Assembly (NCBI RefSeq): GCF_026210795.1
Contig: NC_089429.1
Coordinates: 1,240,001-1,304,000 of the forward strand
Origin: Rhizophagus irregularis
Taxonomy: Eukaryota
DNA: 64,000 nt
Direction of reading: 5' to 3'
Shown: positions 50,614 to 63,122 of the stretch, one piece after another
Layout: every line of letters starts with the position of its first letter
Numbering within the stretch: position 1 is the stretch's first letter
Made by a program: the position numbers and the translations under genes
The notes under the pieces: generated by a model
Database searches by the model: none
Seen by the model: the letters and a program-made list of their open reading frames with translations, nothing else
What the model was told of the DNA's origin: nothing

Positions 50614-51212
50614 TGTCACGGGAATTTTAGACATGGGAATTTTTTTATATATAGTTTATTTTATTTATTTTATAGTTTAATATATATATATTTTATATAG
50701 TATAGTTTATTTATATAGTTTCAGTTATTTATATGATGTGGCTTATGGCTTAGTGGGAACCAATTATGGCTGTGATAGGCGACTCGTACGATGGACGATT
50801 TAGCCGGAAGATGAGTCGTATTTTGGACGATTCGGACGAAGGGTGAGTTGGCCAAAGAACTAATCGTCCCAATTTTCGAACAATATTTAAGGGAAGAATT
50901 TCCGCTGAGGTTTTAAGGGCAGTGATTTTCGGTTATTAACACTTAGATAGAATCTTGGGAATATTACAGAGGCAGTAATATTGTGAAATTCTTTTGTATT
51001 TGTTAATAACCGATCACTCCAATTTTTATACATTTCGTTATTGTTTTTATTGTCAATTTATTTCCGATTGTTATACATTCGATAAAAATACACTGTTTAT
51101 AGTTTTATTGCCAATTATTGACGAACCCTCTCAATTTCTTTATGATTTATTGCCGATTGTTGTCTATTGTTAGCCGTATTCTATAAATTAGCCTGCATAT
51201 ATTTCTGTTACA
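50614..51212. mobile_element. Possible solo LTR or TGT..ACA-terminated element
   Basis: Starts TGTCACGGGAAT and ends ATTTCTGTTACA (9/12 inverted match) with a GC-richer interior. No TSD found. Confidence 0.3.
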
Positions 51213-51525
51213 ACACTTCCGAACTGCACAAATCGGTGGTAACATTATTATGAGTCTTTAATCAAGTTGGACTACACAAAAGGATGTACTACTGTATGTA
51301 TAAGAAGAACACAAATTTCGAGCACATTTAGAACATCTTCGTCAATAAAATTTATATAGTTTGTCCAAAGCTCCGCATCCGTTAAAACAAAAAAAAAATG
51401 ATGCAAAATAGTAACATATAACGTCAATCTCGCGTGGATCATGTGATCCAACTAAATATTGAAAAATTTTAAAATGTAAACTTCCCTAGTACTTCCCTCC
51501 TTCCTCTCTTTTTCTCTTTTATAAT

Positions 51526-51670
51526 ATGGCATGTTCAAAAATTTTTTCAGGAGATCTACCTGAATTAAAAGTGAAATTATACAGTATTTTTAGCAACTTT
51601 ACCCTCATGTAATATTTTAGTTAAAAGAATCTTTTTAAAAACTATCGCTTTATTGAAGAAATTTACTTAA
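51526..51670 (+). pseudogene. F-box gene 5' fragment
   Basis: ATG GCA TGT TCA AAA ATT TTT TCA GGA GAT CTA CCT GAA TTA = MACSKIFSGDLPEL, then frameshifts and deletions. Confidence 0.8.
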
Positions 51671-52103
51671 AAATAAAATACAAAATTAAATAATTTTATT
51701 AATTATATATATTATAAAAATATTAAATATGTATTAAAATTTATTTTTATTTTCTTAATAATGAATTCAAGTTTTAAGATTATCAATTATTTAACCTAAA
51801 GTAGAATGTATCAATTCAATACTTATAGCTAGATCTAAAATTTCCAAACATTACGTGTCACCTTAGATTACTTCTATTCTCATTGACACACTTAAAGGAA
51901 GTTATCATACATTCAATATATTTTGATGACGATTTTTATATTAGATAATTTTAGTGGTTTAAATGTAAAGCTTGCTTTTTCATAATCAAACATTACACGG
52001 AGCGCTGTTCTTTTAGTAATTAAGTAATCAATATTCACATTAATAAATTGAAATACAACATCTATTTTTTAAAATAAAATACGCAGGTCTTTATTTATTA
52101 AAA

Positions 52104-53747
52104 TTATAAATGATTACTTATAAAATCATATGTACTAATATATAAATCAAAGAATTTTTGAACAATAATATTATATAATTTAAATTCATTTACTTCGTCT
52201 TTTGAAAAAAATCCAAATTCATCCATAAATAAATCATTATTCTTAGAATATGATTTTAAAACAGCCAAATATTTAACCCTTTCCTCCTTCATAATATATT
52301 TCTTTATATAAATTGTAAAATCTTCAAACCTAGTATATTCAACTTTACTCTTAATTAATAATTTCTAAATATAAGTATTTTGTGAATTTTTTAAAAATAT
52401 TTCCAGATCATTTGTCTTAAAAGCAAGTGATAAACATAAATATTTTAATTTAGAAGGAAGAACCTGTCCTAAATTTTGTAATACAGTTGAACTTAAACCA
52501 GTATAATCATCGTGAAAATCTACTTCAATAGTAAGGTAATTAATATTATATCGATTATTTTCAATGAATGGATAAATATTATTATCATCAGATATACCCA
52601 GATTAAAATATCTAATCTTTGTACAATATTTCATAATTAATTTAAATGACTGTCGTTGTTTTTCATCATATTCATTATGCTCTCTATATCCGTAATGAAA
52701 TCCAAAATTTTCTAAACAATCACTAAATTTTTGTAACAGTAATTGTAATGATTCAACATGTAATATTTCACTCATAAACAAAGATCTCAATTTAAACGGT
52801 TTAATAACCTTAATAATTTGTTGAACAAAATCAGAATTTAAAGAACAACAATAAAAAATATGAACAGATTCTAAAACATTCAATTGATTAAAGACCTCTT
52901 GTAAAACAGTAAGTATATTTTTAAAATCAGTGTAATAAAATATAATCGTATTTAAAGTATTTGAACAATTAGAATTTTTTAATGATAAAAATGGATTATA
53001 TAAAATAAAATTAGATTCAAATGAAATTTTTTTGAGATTATGCTGTGAAATAATTATTTGTGATAAATGTGTTTCAATTAATGAACTACTACAAGCAGGA
53101 AAATTAACAACAATAGATGAGATTGAATTGCAATTGGAACATAAAAATTTTAAAAATGGAAAAATATTTCGAGATGAAATAGCATTAACAATTAATATTA
53201 AATTTCTCATATTGTATGTAAGATTTGGATTTTGTAAAACCAAGTCCATATTATCATCAGAAAATCCAAAAGTATAATGATTAATTCCAAAAGAATGTAT
53301 ATTCACCTCATTTTTAATGAACACTTCAAATAAAGACCTATAAACTAAGTTTTCTAGCTTATACCTTAGCTTATTATCATATTTAACCACTAAGGAATCA
53401 ATCCAATAATTAATAGAACGATAAGTTCTATATGTATCTAAGTATTTAATAAAATTAAGATAATTGAATAATGTGTTTGAATGTAATAAATCATATTCAA
53501 TTCCATATTCATTAAATTTTGCTTTGTCATCTTCATTTAATTTATTTAAGTAAATTTCAATGAAGTGGTAATTTTTGGGATAATTCTTTGAAAATGGATC
53601 TTCCCATAATAATGGAATGGCTAAACGACACCATAATCTATTAACTAAAATACATGAATACAATGTTAAAAAATCTTTTCTAAAATACTGTATAATTTCT
53701 TCTGTTAATTCAGCTAAATCTCCTGAAAATATTTTTGAGCATGCCAT
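52104..53747 (-). pseudogene. F-box / LRR-like gene with a single in-frame premature stop (TAG at 52365-52367)
   Basis: '...KNSQNTYI*KLLIKSKVE...IKKYIMKEERVKYLAV...' stays in frame across the stop (548 codons overall). The paralogs read 'NTFVKKFLI' and 'NTFINKLVI' at this position. Confidence 0.85.
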
Positions 53748-53910
53748 GTTTGTAAAGGGGGAAAAAGTCAAAAGAGTTTGCTTTCATTTAAATTTATCAA
53801 TTTTCGGAGTTGTACAATTTATTTATTATTCCATAAAAAGACAACAAATGAGCCAAAAATAATATGTGGATCATTCCTTTTTTTAAAAAATAATTCCGTT
53901 AATTCCGGCC

Positions 53911-54492
53911 TAGTGATTCGATCCGTATCCGGGCCCATCCGGTCGAACCCGAATAATTTTGATATCCAGATAATCGCGGTTTTTATCCGGATAAATATCC
54001 GGTTAAAAAATATCCGGTTTTGACCCGAAATCCGGAAAATAAAAAAAATAAATAAATTTTTTTTTTTAAATGTTAAGATTAATTTTCTTTTTAAATTTTT
54101 ATTCAGTGAAGGATTGAAATCAATTCCCAAAATGAGAATTGATTCTCGGGTCAATCAATCGTGATTTAAGTTTCAATTCTAAAATTCGGTTTATGATTTT
54201 AACTTATTGATAATAAAGCCATTTTGTGCAACAATCTTCTTGATCACGGACAAAAAAAAAGTTCACATTTTTTCGAAAAATTCAAACCTACAGCATAATT
54301 TGGGCAAAATTCATAGTGCTGACGAAAATTAGAGTTTCTAACCGTAATTGATTTACAATTTAATTTATGGAACTTAATAGTAACTTAACTAAAACTTATA
54401 TCATGAATTTAATTTAATATATGCCATGAATTTTCCAATTTATAAAAAAAATTAATATTAATTCTATCCGGATTTCGGTTTCTATCCGGATA
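53911..54492. mobile_element. hAT-like element remnant rich in ATCCG(G) subterminal motifs
   Basis: Starts TAGTGATTCGATCCGTATCCGG. Many ATCCGG/CCGGAT copies at 53920-54036 and 54466-54491. Similar motifs occur at 19620-19802 and 25635-25690. No closing TIR seen. Confidence 0.45.
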
Positions 54493-54495
54493 TAT

Positions 54496-54544
54496 CTCAT
54501 AATTTCATCTAATAATTCAGGTAAATCTCCTGAAATCATGTCAT
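54496..54544 (-). pseudogene. F-box gene 5' fragment
   Basis: Minus strand TCA GGA GAT TTA CCT GAA TTA TTA GAT GAA ATT ATG = SGDLPELLDEIM, cut off at the ATCCGG-rich element. Confidence 0.65.
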
Positions 54545-56187
54545 ATTGCAAATGACGAGAGGAAAAGGAGAAAATTGTTTAATCTATGTCGGTAATATAA
54601 ATTATCGGAATCATCAGAATAATCGGAATTGTAATTCCGTTAGTCGTAAAAAAGTAATATGTCGAATAAGGAATAACTCATCATAAAAACAAATATATAA
54701 TGCTATTATTATTATTTAAACATTGTTCCTTGCTTTTTATTAAAAAAAAAAAATAAATAAATAAAAAAATGCCCAAATACAAATTCCCTATATCCATTAG
54801 AAAGTCTGTATGGAGTGATACAAAAACAATCGGTATTCCAGTTTTGCATAATTGTTACAAAAATTTAAACGAAACGCACGATTTTATTTACTACTTTTTG
54901 GCTTAGTCGCAGTTGATCATAATTGCCGCAGCAAGAATGATTATTCGTAACTAAGTTTTAAGGTTTGTATGATCTCTAATTAATTTTTTTGTTTTTACTT
55001 ATTTTAATCTATCATCAAATTCGGATATATTGTAATACATACTGTATATTGAAACTTAATCCACTTTAATATTTTCCTAATTTTTGCCAACCGTAATTAT
55101 ATTAATACTTTACTCATTTATAAAATAAAACGTCAAAGAAAATCAATTATAAATTAAAAGCTTACGCCAGAAAATTTTATAAATTATTCTTGAATCGCAA
55201 CTCTCCCGAGAATTTTTTTTCGTTCAATCGGACTTTCATCAAATAAATCAAACTTTTATTCTTTAGTTATTTGTCATCCTAAGATATAGTCATAGCTATT
55301 CCATTTTTGTCCTAGCTTTTTTGGTTATCCGTCGATGATTACTTTACCATAAGCTTTCACATATCCGACATGATGTCACTTAACCATAAAAATCACTATT
55401 CATGTGATCAAGCATCACGTCAGACGAAGTTAATAAATTAATTTTTACAAATCGTTATTTATTAAAAATTTATGGTCATATCCCATAAGCCTAAAATAGC
55501 GTCCGTCACAATTCACAAACGAGAATTTATTTCACCACTGAAAGCAATATAATATTTTTTATTTAATTTTATATAAGCTTTAATAATTACAGTATATTAA
55601 TTAAATAAATTACGTAATTTATAAGAGTAAAGCCTGCTTTAAGTTTATGCTTAAGGTTAATATATTATTGAGAAAAAATTGATACATAGAAAAAGGAATT
55701 TTTTTATTAAAATTTTATTGTCAATTCTTCGAAAATTTATTAAAATGTCCATTGTAAATTATTAAAATGTTCATTGTAAATTTATACAAAAAAAATATAA
55801 TTGTTCAAATAAGTTTTTTGTTATAAAGAAAACCAGTAAGAAAAATAAAATAAAAAAAATAAAAAATAATCTTTTTTAAAAAAAACTTGGCAAGTCATAT
55901 GACCGATACCAACTCGACGGGTCAACCTTCAAAGCTTCAATCTAACCAAATATAATAATAAATAATAAATACTAGATTGTTTTAACTATAATAAATATGG
56001 AATAGATCAGGCGCATTTGATTACCAAATTGTCATTTAATAATGTGCGGCTATTACGTCTTAATGACGTTGAAGTAACTGTACGTCATAGACGTAATTAA
56101 ATTTGCAACATAATACAAATTTGCGAGCAAAAGTATTTAAAATCCTAAATCATATTTTCAAAAAAAAAAATTTTTTTTTTTCAAAAA

Positions 56188-57612
56188 ATGACGAGAGGGT
56201 ATTCATTAGAAAAAGATTTAAGATTACTAATAAATAATCCTAAATACAGCGATATAGAAATTTTATGTGAGGATGAAAAGAAATTACATGGTTGTAGAGC
56301 TATTTTAGCAGCAAGATCTGAAGTATTTGACAGATTACTTTATAATGGAATGAAAGAAAGTCATGAAAATAAAATTTCTTTTCCAAAGATTAACTCTGCC
56401 GGAATGGAGATTATATTAGAATATACTTATACGGGATCAGTTGAAAAGGAATCTTTAACAAAAGATAATATAGTTGAAGCATTTTACGCTGCCGACTATT
56501 TTCAATTACCAGACCTTCAGGATTTTATTACGAAAATTTTCGAAAATACATTAGAAAAAAATAAAAATGAAAATTGTTCCCCAGAATTACTTTCTAAATT
56601 CGCAGAAAAAATACCATTAACAGAAGATAATAGTTTACTAAATCTACTAGTTGAAGCAGTAGCAACTATTCCATTAAATACAATTGGATTTGATCGATTG
56701 TCTATTGCAGGTCTTAAATATCTTTTATCTTGTACACATGAAAAAGATGCTCCTTTTGTAACTCCAGAATATGAAGTTTTTCGGTATAGTGCTATTCTTG
56801 CTGCAAAACAAGTTTCTAATTGTGCATATAAAGCTTTAATGAAACAGTTACCAACCTTGGAACAAATTAAACTAATAGAAAACCCAATGCAAGTAGAAAA
56901 TGAAAATAAACTTGTTACCGATCATCAAAAAGTTGCTAAAGAATTGGAGCCTCTAGTTAGTTTCATTGATTTTAAAAGAATTGAAGGTCAAATTTTGACC
57001 GATATCATTGACCCGCTAGAAATTATCTCAACAAAAATAATTTTAGATGTTTATCGGCAAAGAGTAAGATCAAACATTTCCAATATAAATAATATTCGAG
57101 GGGTACCTATACCAAATTATTCCAATTATGTTTGGGATGAGACAGCATGTGGTTCAAGACTTATTATTGAGGATAACGGAAAAGTTGTATATGCACAAAA
57201 TAATTGGTTTGACCTCCAAAGTGTTAGAGCTAAAGTGGCATTTGAAAATAAAGGTATCTTCGAATGGGATGTTATTATTGAGAAAAATTGTGTATATGCT
57301 TGGGTTGGAGTATGTTCGTTAGAAAATTTTAATTATGAAACCTTTGCAGGATATCAATCTACTGGATGGGTATTAGGTTCCGATGGTAGTTATAGTCATG
57401 CAAGTAATAGAATATACAATAATTATCCATCATTTGGTGATGGCTCAAAAATTACAGTTCATCTGGACATGAATAAAAGAACTTGTGCTTTTACGATCAA
57501 TGGTACAAAATATCCAGCGATATCAAGTTGGAATAATTTACCATCAAAGCTTTATCCAGTAGTAACATTAAAATACCCTGGTCGATTTCGAATTCAGCCT
57601 CATCAAAAATAG
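56188..57612 (+). CDS. BTB/POZ domain + C-terminal SPRY (B30.2)-like domain protein
   Basis: BTB 'YSDIEILCEDEKKLHGCRAILAARSEVF...ILEYTYTG...AADYFQL'. SPRY-like 'GIFEWDVIIE...WVGVC...GSKITVHLDMNKRTCAFTING...LYPVVTL'. Intact 474 aa. Confidence 0.9.
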   Translation: MTRGYSLEKDLRLLINNPKYSDIEILCEDEKKLHGCRAILAARSEVFDRLLYNGMKESHENKISFPKINSAGMEIILEYTYTGSVEKESLTKDNIVEAFYAADYFQLPDLQDFITKIFENTLEKNKNENCSPELLSKFAEKIPLTEDNSLLNLLVEAVATIPLNTIGFDRLSIAGLKYLLSCTHEKDAPFVTPEYEVFRYSAILAAKQVSNCAYKALMKQLPTLEQIKLIENPMQVENENKLVTDHQKVAKELEPLVSFIDFKRIEGQILTDIIDPLEIISTKIILDVYRQRVRSNISNINNIRGVPIPNYSNYVWDETACGSRLIIEDNGKVVYAQNNWFDLQSVRAKVAFENKGIFEWDVIIEKNCVYAWVGVCSLENFNYETFAGYQSTGWVLGSDGSYSHASNRIYNNYPSFGDGSKITVHLDMNKRTCAFTINGTKYPAISSWNNLPSKLYPVVTLKYPGRFRIQPHQK

Positions 57613-57767
57613 AATAAAATTTCTGTCATTATTTTTAGCTATAGAATTTGGGAATTAAAAAATTTTTTTAGTAAAAATGATATTAGCTTTATTGTTATTT
57701 TTCTTTCTTACTTTATCGACTGAACCACGTTCCCAGCGTAAAAATCAATAAAACTTAAAATTATAAG

Positions 57768-57844
57768 AATAAATACTTTCTCTACAAGTTTGATTAGGGT
57801 TGTTATAGAAATAAATACTTTTTCTACAAGTTGATTAGGGTTGT
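57768..57844 (+). repeat. Two-copy ~41-bp tandem repeat
   Basis: AATAAATACTTT(C/T)TCTACAAGTT(T)GATTAGGGTTGT occurs twice. Confidence 0.75.
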
Positions 57845-58631
57845 ATACCTTGTAAAAGTTAATCTTAGCAAAAATTGGCATTCAAACTTAATGTTTACTC
57901 CCTAAGTAAACTTGCGGAAAAAGTAAAAATGTATATAGGATTCAATTTTTGGTGTCTTTATCTAAGTTTTATTATGCAGCCAAATAGGATCATGTTGTTT
58001 TAACATTCTAATATTTTTTAGATAAATTATTATTGCGTAAATATCTTTGATATTTTTATCGCATTACGTTATATAGATTAATTATCACATATTTACTATG
58101 CCTTTCATATGGAACATGATCTTGGACGTCTGCATAATAACACAGTTATTAGGTATGGTGGTTAAAATATCATTCGAACTGCTTCGCAGTTCGGTGATAT
58201 TTCAACCCCCCTACCCAATAACTATTACTTATTTTATAAATTTTCTCGTTAACCGGATTATCATCTATTTTGGAAATGATCTGCAAATTTTGATCCCGTG
58301 CCGATGATTTACGTTGGTGAAATATTTTGATCAGCTCATTTAGCTAAATGATTTAGAATGTAAATATGACATAAATATTTTGATGGGCTAATTCATGAAA
58401 GCAAAATTCTATTTTTAGTTCGATTATTCTCATTTATACATGAATGAATTAATGAAAATTTTACGTAATATTTAATACTACTTACTTATTAACCGCAGTT
58501 TACTTTGTCTAATTACTAAAATTGGCAAGTCTAACTTTTTAAATTTTGTACCCAAACCTTTATATATAAATATCCCTTTCAAAATAATGTTTTTCTTAAA
58601 AATATATATAATATATATTTAACTTTAAAAA

Positions 58632-60077
58632 ATGACGAGAGGAGATTCATTAAAAGAAGATTTAAGATTATTAATAAATAATAAAATGTATAGTGATATA
58701 GAAATTTCATGTGAGGATGAAAAGATATTGTATGGTTGCAGAGCAATTTTGGCTGCGAGATCTGAAATGTTTAACAAATTGCTTTATAATGGGATGAAAG
58801 AAAGCATTGAAACAAAAATTTCTTTTCCAGAAATTAATTCTTCTTCTATGGAAATTATATTGGAATACCTTTATACAGGATCAATTAAAGAAGAAACCTT
58901 AACAAAAGATAATATAATTGAAACTTTTAATGCTGCAGATTATTTTCATTTATTAGACCTTCGGAAATCTGTTGAAAATATTTTCATAAATAATTTAAAA
59001 GAGAATTACGCAAATAGTTGTTTACCAGAATTATTGTCTAAAGTTGTAAAAACAATGTCATTAACAGAAGATAATATTTTTCTAGATTTACTAATAAAAG
59101 CGATATCGGCTATTCCATTAAATACTATCGAATTTGATCGATTATCTATTGAAGGTCTTAAGTGTCTTTTATCCTATACACATGATAAAGAAATTCCTTT
59201 TGTAACACCAGAATATGAAGTTTTTCGATATAGTGCAATACTTGCAGCAAAACAAGTTTCCAATGATGCGTATCACACTATTATGAAACAGTTACCAACC
59301 TTAGAGCAATCAGAACAAATGGAACAATTAAGCCACTTAAACTCATTACAAGTGGAAAAAAAGCTTATTGCCGATAATCAAAAAGTTGCTAGTGAATTGG
59401 AGCATTTAGTTGAATTTATTAATTTTAAGCGAATCGAAGGTCGAATATTAGTTAATATCATTGAACCGTTAGAAATTACTCCAAATGAAGTTATTTTAGA
59501 CGTTTATCGACACAATACATTATCAATTAATTCAGATTCAAATGATATTCGAGGAATACCAATATATAGGCTTAATGATTCTGACCTTGTTTTTGATGAA
59601 TCTGTATGCAGTTCAAAACTTACTATTGAAGATGGTGGAAAAGTTGTTCAAGCATCGGCTAATTGTGTAAAACATCAAAGTGCAAGAATTAACATGTTAT
59701 TAGAGAATAAACGTATTTTTGAATGGGATGTAATTGTCGAAAAAAATTGTAGGTTTATATACATTGGAGTATGTTCATCAGAGAATTTTAATTATGAAGG
59801 ATTTGCAGGAAGTCAACCTACTGGATGGGTAGTAGGTTCATGTGGTTCATGCTGTAATTCCGGAGTCTGGACAAATAATTATTGTCCATCACTCAAAGAT
59901 GGTACAAAAATTACGGTTCACTTAAATATGTATAAAAGTACTTGCGCTTTTACGATCAACGGCATAAAATATCGGGAAGTACCGTCATGGAATAATTTAC
60001 CATCAAGGCTCTACCCTGTAGTATCATTACTTTATCCTGGTCGACTTCGGATTCAGCCTCATCAGAAGGAAATTTGA
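58632..60077 (+). CDS. BTB/POZ + SPRY-like protein, tandem paralog
   Basis: Intact 481 aa, collinear with 56188-57612 (shared 'PFVTPEYEVFRYSAILAAKQVSN' and 'WNNLPS.LYPVV'). Confidence 0.9.
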   Translation: MTRGDSLKEDLRLLINNKMYSDIEISCEDEKILYGCRAILAARSEMFNKLLYNGMKESIETKISFPEINSSSMEIILEYLYTGSIKEETLTKDNIIETFNAADYFHLLDLRKSVENIFINNLKENYANSCLPELLSKVVKTMSLTEDNIFLDLLIKAISAIPLNTIEFDRLSIEGLKCLLSYTHDKEIPFVTPEYEVFRYSAILAAKQVSNDAYHTIMKQLPTLEQSEQMEQLSHLNSLQVEKKLIADNQKVASELEHLVEFINFKRIEGRILVNIIEPLEITPNEVILDVYRHNTLSINSDSNDIRGIPIYRLNDSDLVFDESVCSSKLTIEDGGKVVQASANCVKHQSARINMLLENKRIFEWDVIVEKNCRFIYIGVCSSENFNYEGFAGSQPTGWVVGSCGSCCNSGVWTNNYCPSLKDGTKITVHLNMYKSTCAFTINGIKYREVPSWNNLPSRLYPVVSLLYPGRLRIQPHQKEI

Positions 60078-62731
60078 TCTGATTCGAGGTCTTATTGAAA
60101 TTTTTTTTTTCTACATCTAATGAAATGAAAACTTACAGTTCAAATTCCAAGAATATTAAAAATATTCATCAAATTTCCTCATATATAAGGTTGTATAAAA
60201 TTCTTAAAACTTTAAAATTACCCGCTCCTTTTCATCACCAACAATCTCCAAAACCATTTTCAGTAAATATTCAGCTATTTGGATGACCGCCATTAGAGTT
60301 GTCCGTTGGACTCCATCACCCTCATCAATGGAGAGTTTGTCCGTCAGGACTATTTATTGTACGGAACTAGATAAATTTTTAGTACCGGTTTAACCCATGT
60401 ATTTTTCCTTCCTTCCATCTACGTCACTATAATTTAGCCCCTGCTTATTTCCTTTTATGTTTTGTATCACATTTTTTGTAACGCTTTATTTTTAGCAACA
60501 CATTTTTTAACACTTTGACACATTTTTGTAATTATTTATATATATATGTAAACGTATTAAGCGACGGACCCTCAACGGTTTCCGTTTTCCTAGTTTTATT
60601 AATTGTGAAATGGGACATGAATAATTTGTTGGTAAATGCAATTGTCGGTGCATACAGTAGGATATCGGGTTTGACTGTACACAGATTACATACAAATTCC
60701 AGTCGAGCTTTATAGTCCAAAATTGAATTGTTTTTTATTTAAATTTATTCCTTTTTTTGTGTTGTAGATAATTCTGTTTTTATTAGAGTATATTTGTACT
60801 GTAATTTTATTGTTGTTTATTAATAATTTCTTAAATAATAAAAATTATTTTAAATGTTTTTACAGAAAAATAAAATTAAAATCAAATTTTTGTACATAAA
60901 AGCTAACTATTTTCAGACAGTATATTAGTCCAAAATACTACCAGTTATATTGTACTGTCACAAGTAATCTTGCAATGATACTTTTACGTTGATCTGGTTT
61001 TTAGGTAACAAAAAAATGAAAGCCAAAGATTAGTTTCATAATTTTATGCAGAATTCCATCTCGAATATAAAAATTGTTGATCACATTTCCCAAGCGAAAA
61101 ATTATTAAAAAAAATGCTAACGTAATATAAAATGGTCAAAATTAAGTAAATATTTTGCCCATAAATTTTTTTGAGAAAATTATCCATTATACTTAAGTAA
61201 CATTTTTATTAAATTTAATACTTCAAAAGACAAATTTGAGCATAGAAATAATAATAAAATTTCAAAATAACTCATCCAGATAGGAAAATACTAATCCTAT
61301 ATTCAAAACAATAGGTGACATTTCCCCCACCATTATTTCGCTGGGGACTGTAACAATAACGATAACTATACTTAGATAGACTATTATTGTAATGTATTAG
61401 ACTAACAAATAGACTTTTATTGCGCTGAATTTAGTTTTGCTTTTACGTTGAAAAAATGATGTTTGTTGTTAGTAGTAAAGTTACATACAGTAAAGTATTA
61501 GGATAAAGAAAGAATTATAATTATCATTAGCTGAATGTACAAGTAATACAGTGCATTACCTCTATACTCGATCAGTAGCCTATAGTAATAATTAGTCAAC
61601 TTCAAATTCTTAAAAAAAAAATTTTTATTAAATATTTAAAAAAATTAACCAATAATTTTAAAAGTTTATAGCTTAAGCTTTAAGAATTATTGTTTAGTTT
61701 ATCAAAAAATAATAATGGTCGAGCCTTAGCATGATAATTTAATTATAACGTCTAAACTTGAGACTACAATTTTTGTGTAAAAAATTTTAAATTAACGTAA
61801 CATGATGTATTACGTAGATTATAATCATTTTTGTGTAAAAAAAATCATTTTTTTTATTTTTTTAAAATATGCTATGAAAAAAGAAAATTGCTAAAGCTGC
61901 GGAGGTAAGAGTTAAGTTACGAATAAATCATGGAAATATATGGATATTTATAGAAATGGAATTACTGGAAAGGTAGATGAATATGCTGCTGTTAAAAAGT
62001 ATAAATCACATCGTCATGTACCTGATACAATTTAAAATGAAATTACTAAATTATATTTTAACAGTAAATACTAAATAATGTGATTTGCAAATACTAAGTT
62101 ATGATTGGCTCTTATTAATGTCATGTGATGCATACATAATTTGAAAAATTGAGAATTTTTTTTTAATAAATCGATTCCTTTTTATGTATAGAATTTGTTT
62201 TTTTTGTTTGAATAAAATCAGATCACTAGATTAAATTTTATTTTAATTTTTCTAAAAGTTGAGTATAGAGGTAACGCACTGTAGGAACTTTTTATATATA
62301 TAATTTATAAATATGAATCAAATAATGTTTAAACCGTTAATAAAATTCATAACTTAAATAAGAAATTATTTTATTAACCTTAGAGTCAAATATCATACAT
62401 AATATAAAAAGTATAATATACATTTGATAACTCCTTTCGACCATATATAAATATTCTATAAAATGATTTCTCACGCCAAAAATCATGCTATTTAGTGTAT
62501 ATTTAGTAACATGAGAAATAAAAACAATAAAAACTTGTAATAAATTTAAAAATATGTAAATAATTTTTAAATAATTCAAAGAACGTAAATTTAAAAAGGG
62601 ATTTAATTTTACTCATAAATCATAATATAATTTGTATAAAATTTATGGGTGGATTAAAACTGAAGGCGGAAATATGATATTTTATGAAATTCAGGACTGT
62701 AATTTCTTTATAAAAAGAAAGTAACTCTGAG

Positions 62732-63122
62732 TAGGGATGGGGTCTGTTCGATTACGTAATTTCGAGCGGTTTTTGGAACCGATCAAAATCCTGTGGGTTT
62801 CGAACTTATACGAGCCAAAAATCTTATTGGGAATAGAGAAACACTAATATTTTTACAATAAATAAAAAAAAAGAAAATTTATAAGTCAAAACAATTTTTA
62901 ATAGCTTTTAAAAATTGAACCGAACCGGTTCAAAATATGATCAACATCAAAATTATGATGATCATGAACAACTATTGATTGTTAACCAATCAAAATTTTT
63001 TTAATGTATAATCAACATATGTTCAACTTGTGTCTTTAATTTGCTCATATTTTTCTTAATGGGAACCGACGTGGAACCGACGGCAAACCGAAATGGAACC
63101 GAACGAACCGTCCCCATCCCTA
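62732..63122. mobile_element. hAT-family MITE (391 bp) with a perfect 8-bp TSD
   Basis: TIRs TAGGGATGGGG / CCCCATCCCTA. ACTCTGAG at 62724-62731 and 63123-63130. Clustered AACCG subterminal motifs at 63064-63110. Confidence 0.92.

Noticed and set aside
53778..54154. Two short opposing ORFs
   Set aside because: They overlap the ATCCGG-rich TE remnant; no coding signal.
57790..57845. TTAGGG hexamers
   Set aside because: Only two isolated copies inside a 41-bp tandem duplication; not telomeric.
60507..60720. Three short overlapping ORFs
   Set aside because: About 62-66 aa with no recognisable domain; cannot be distinguished from chance or a small relic.
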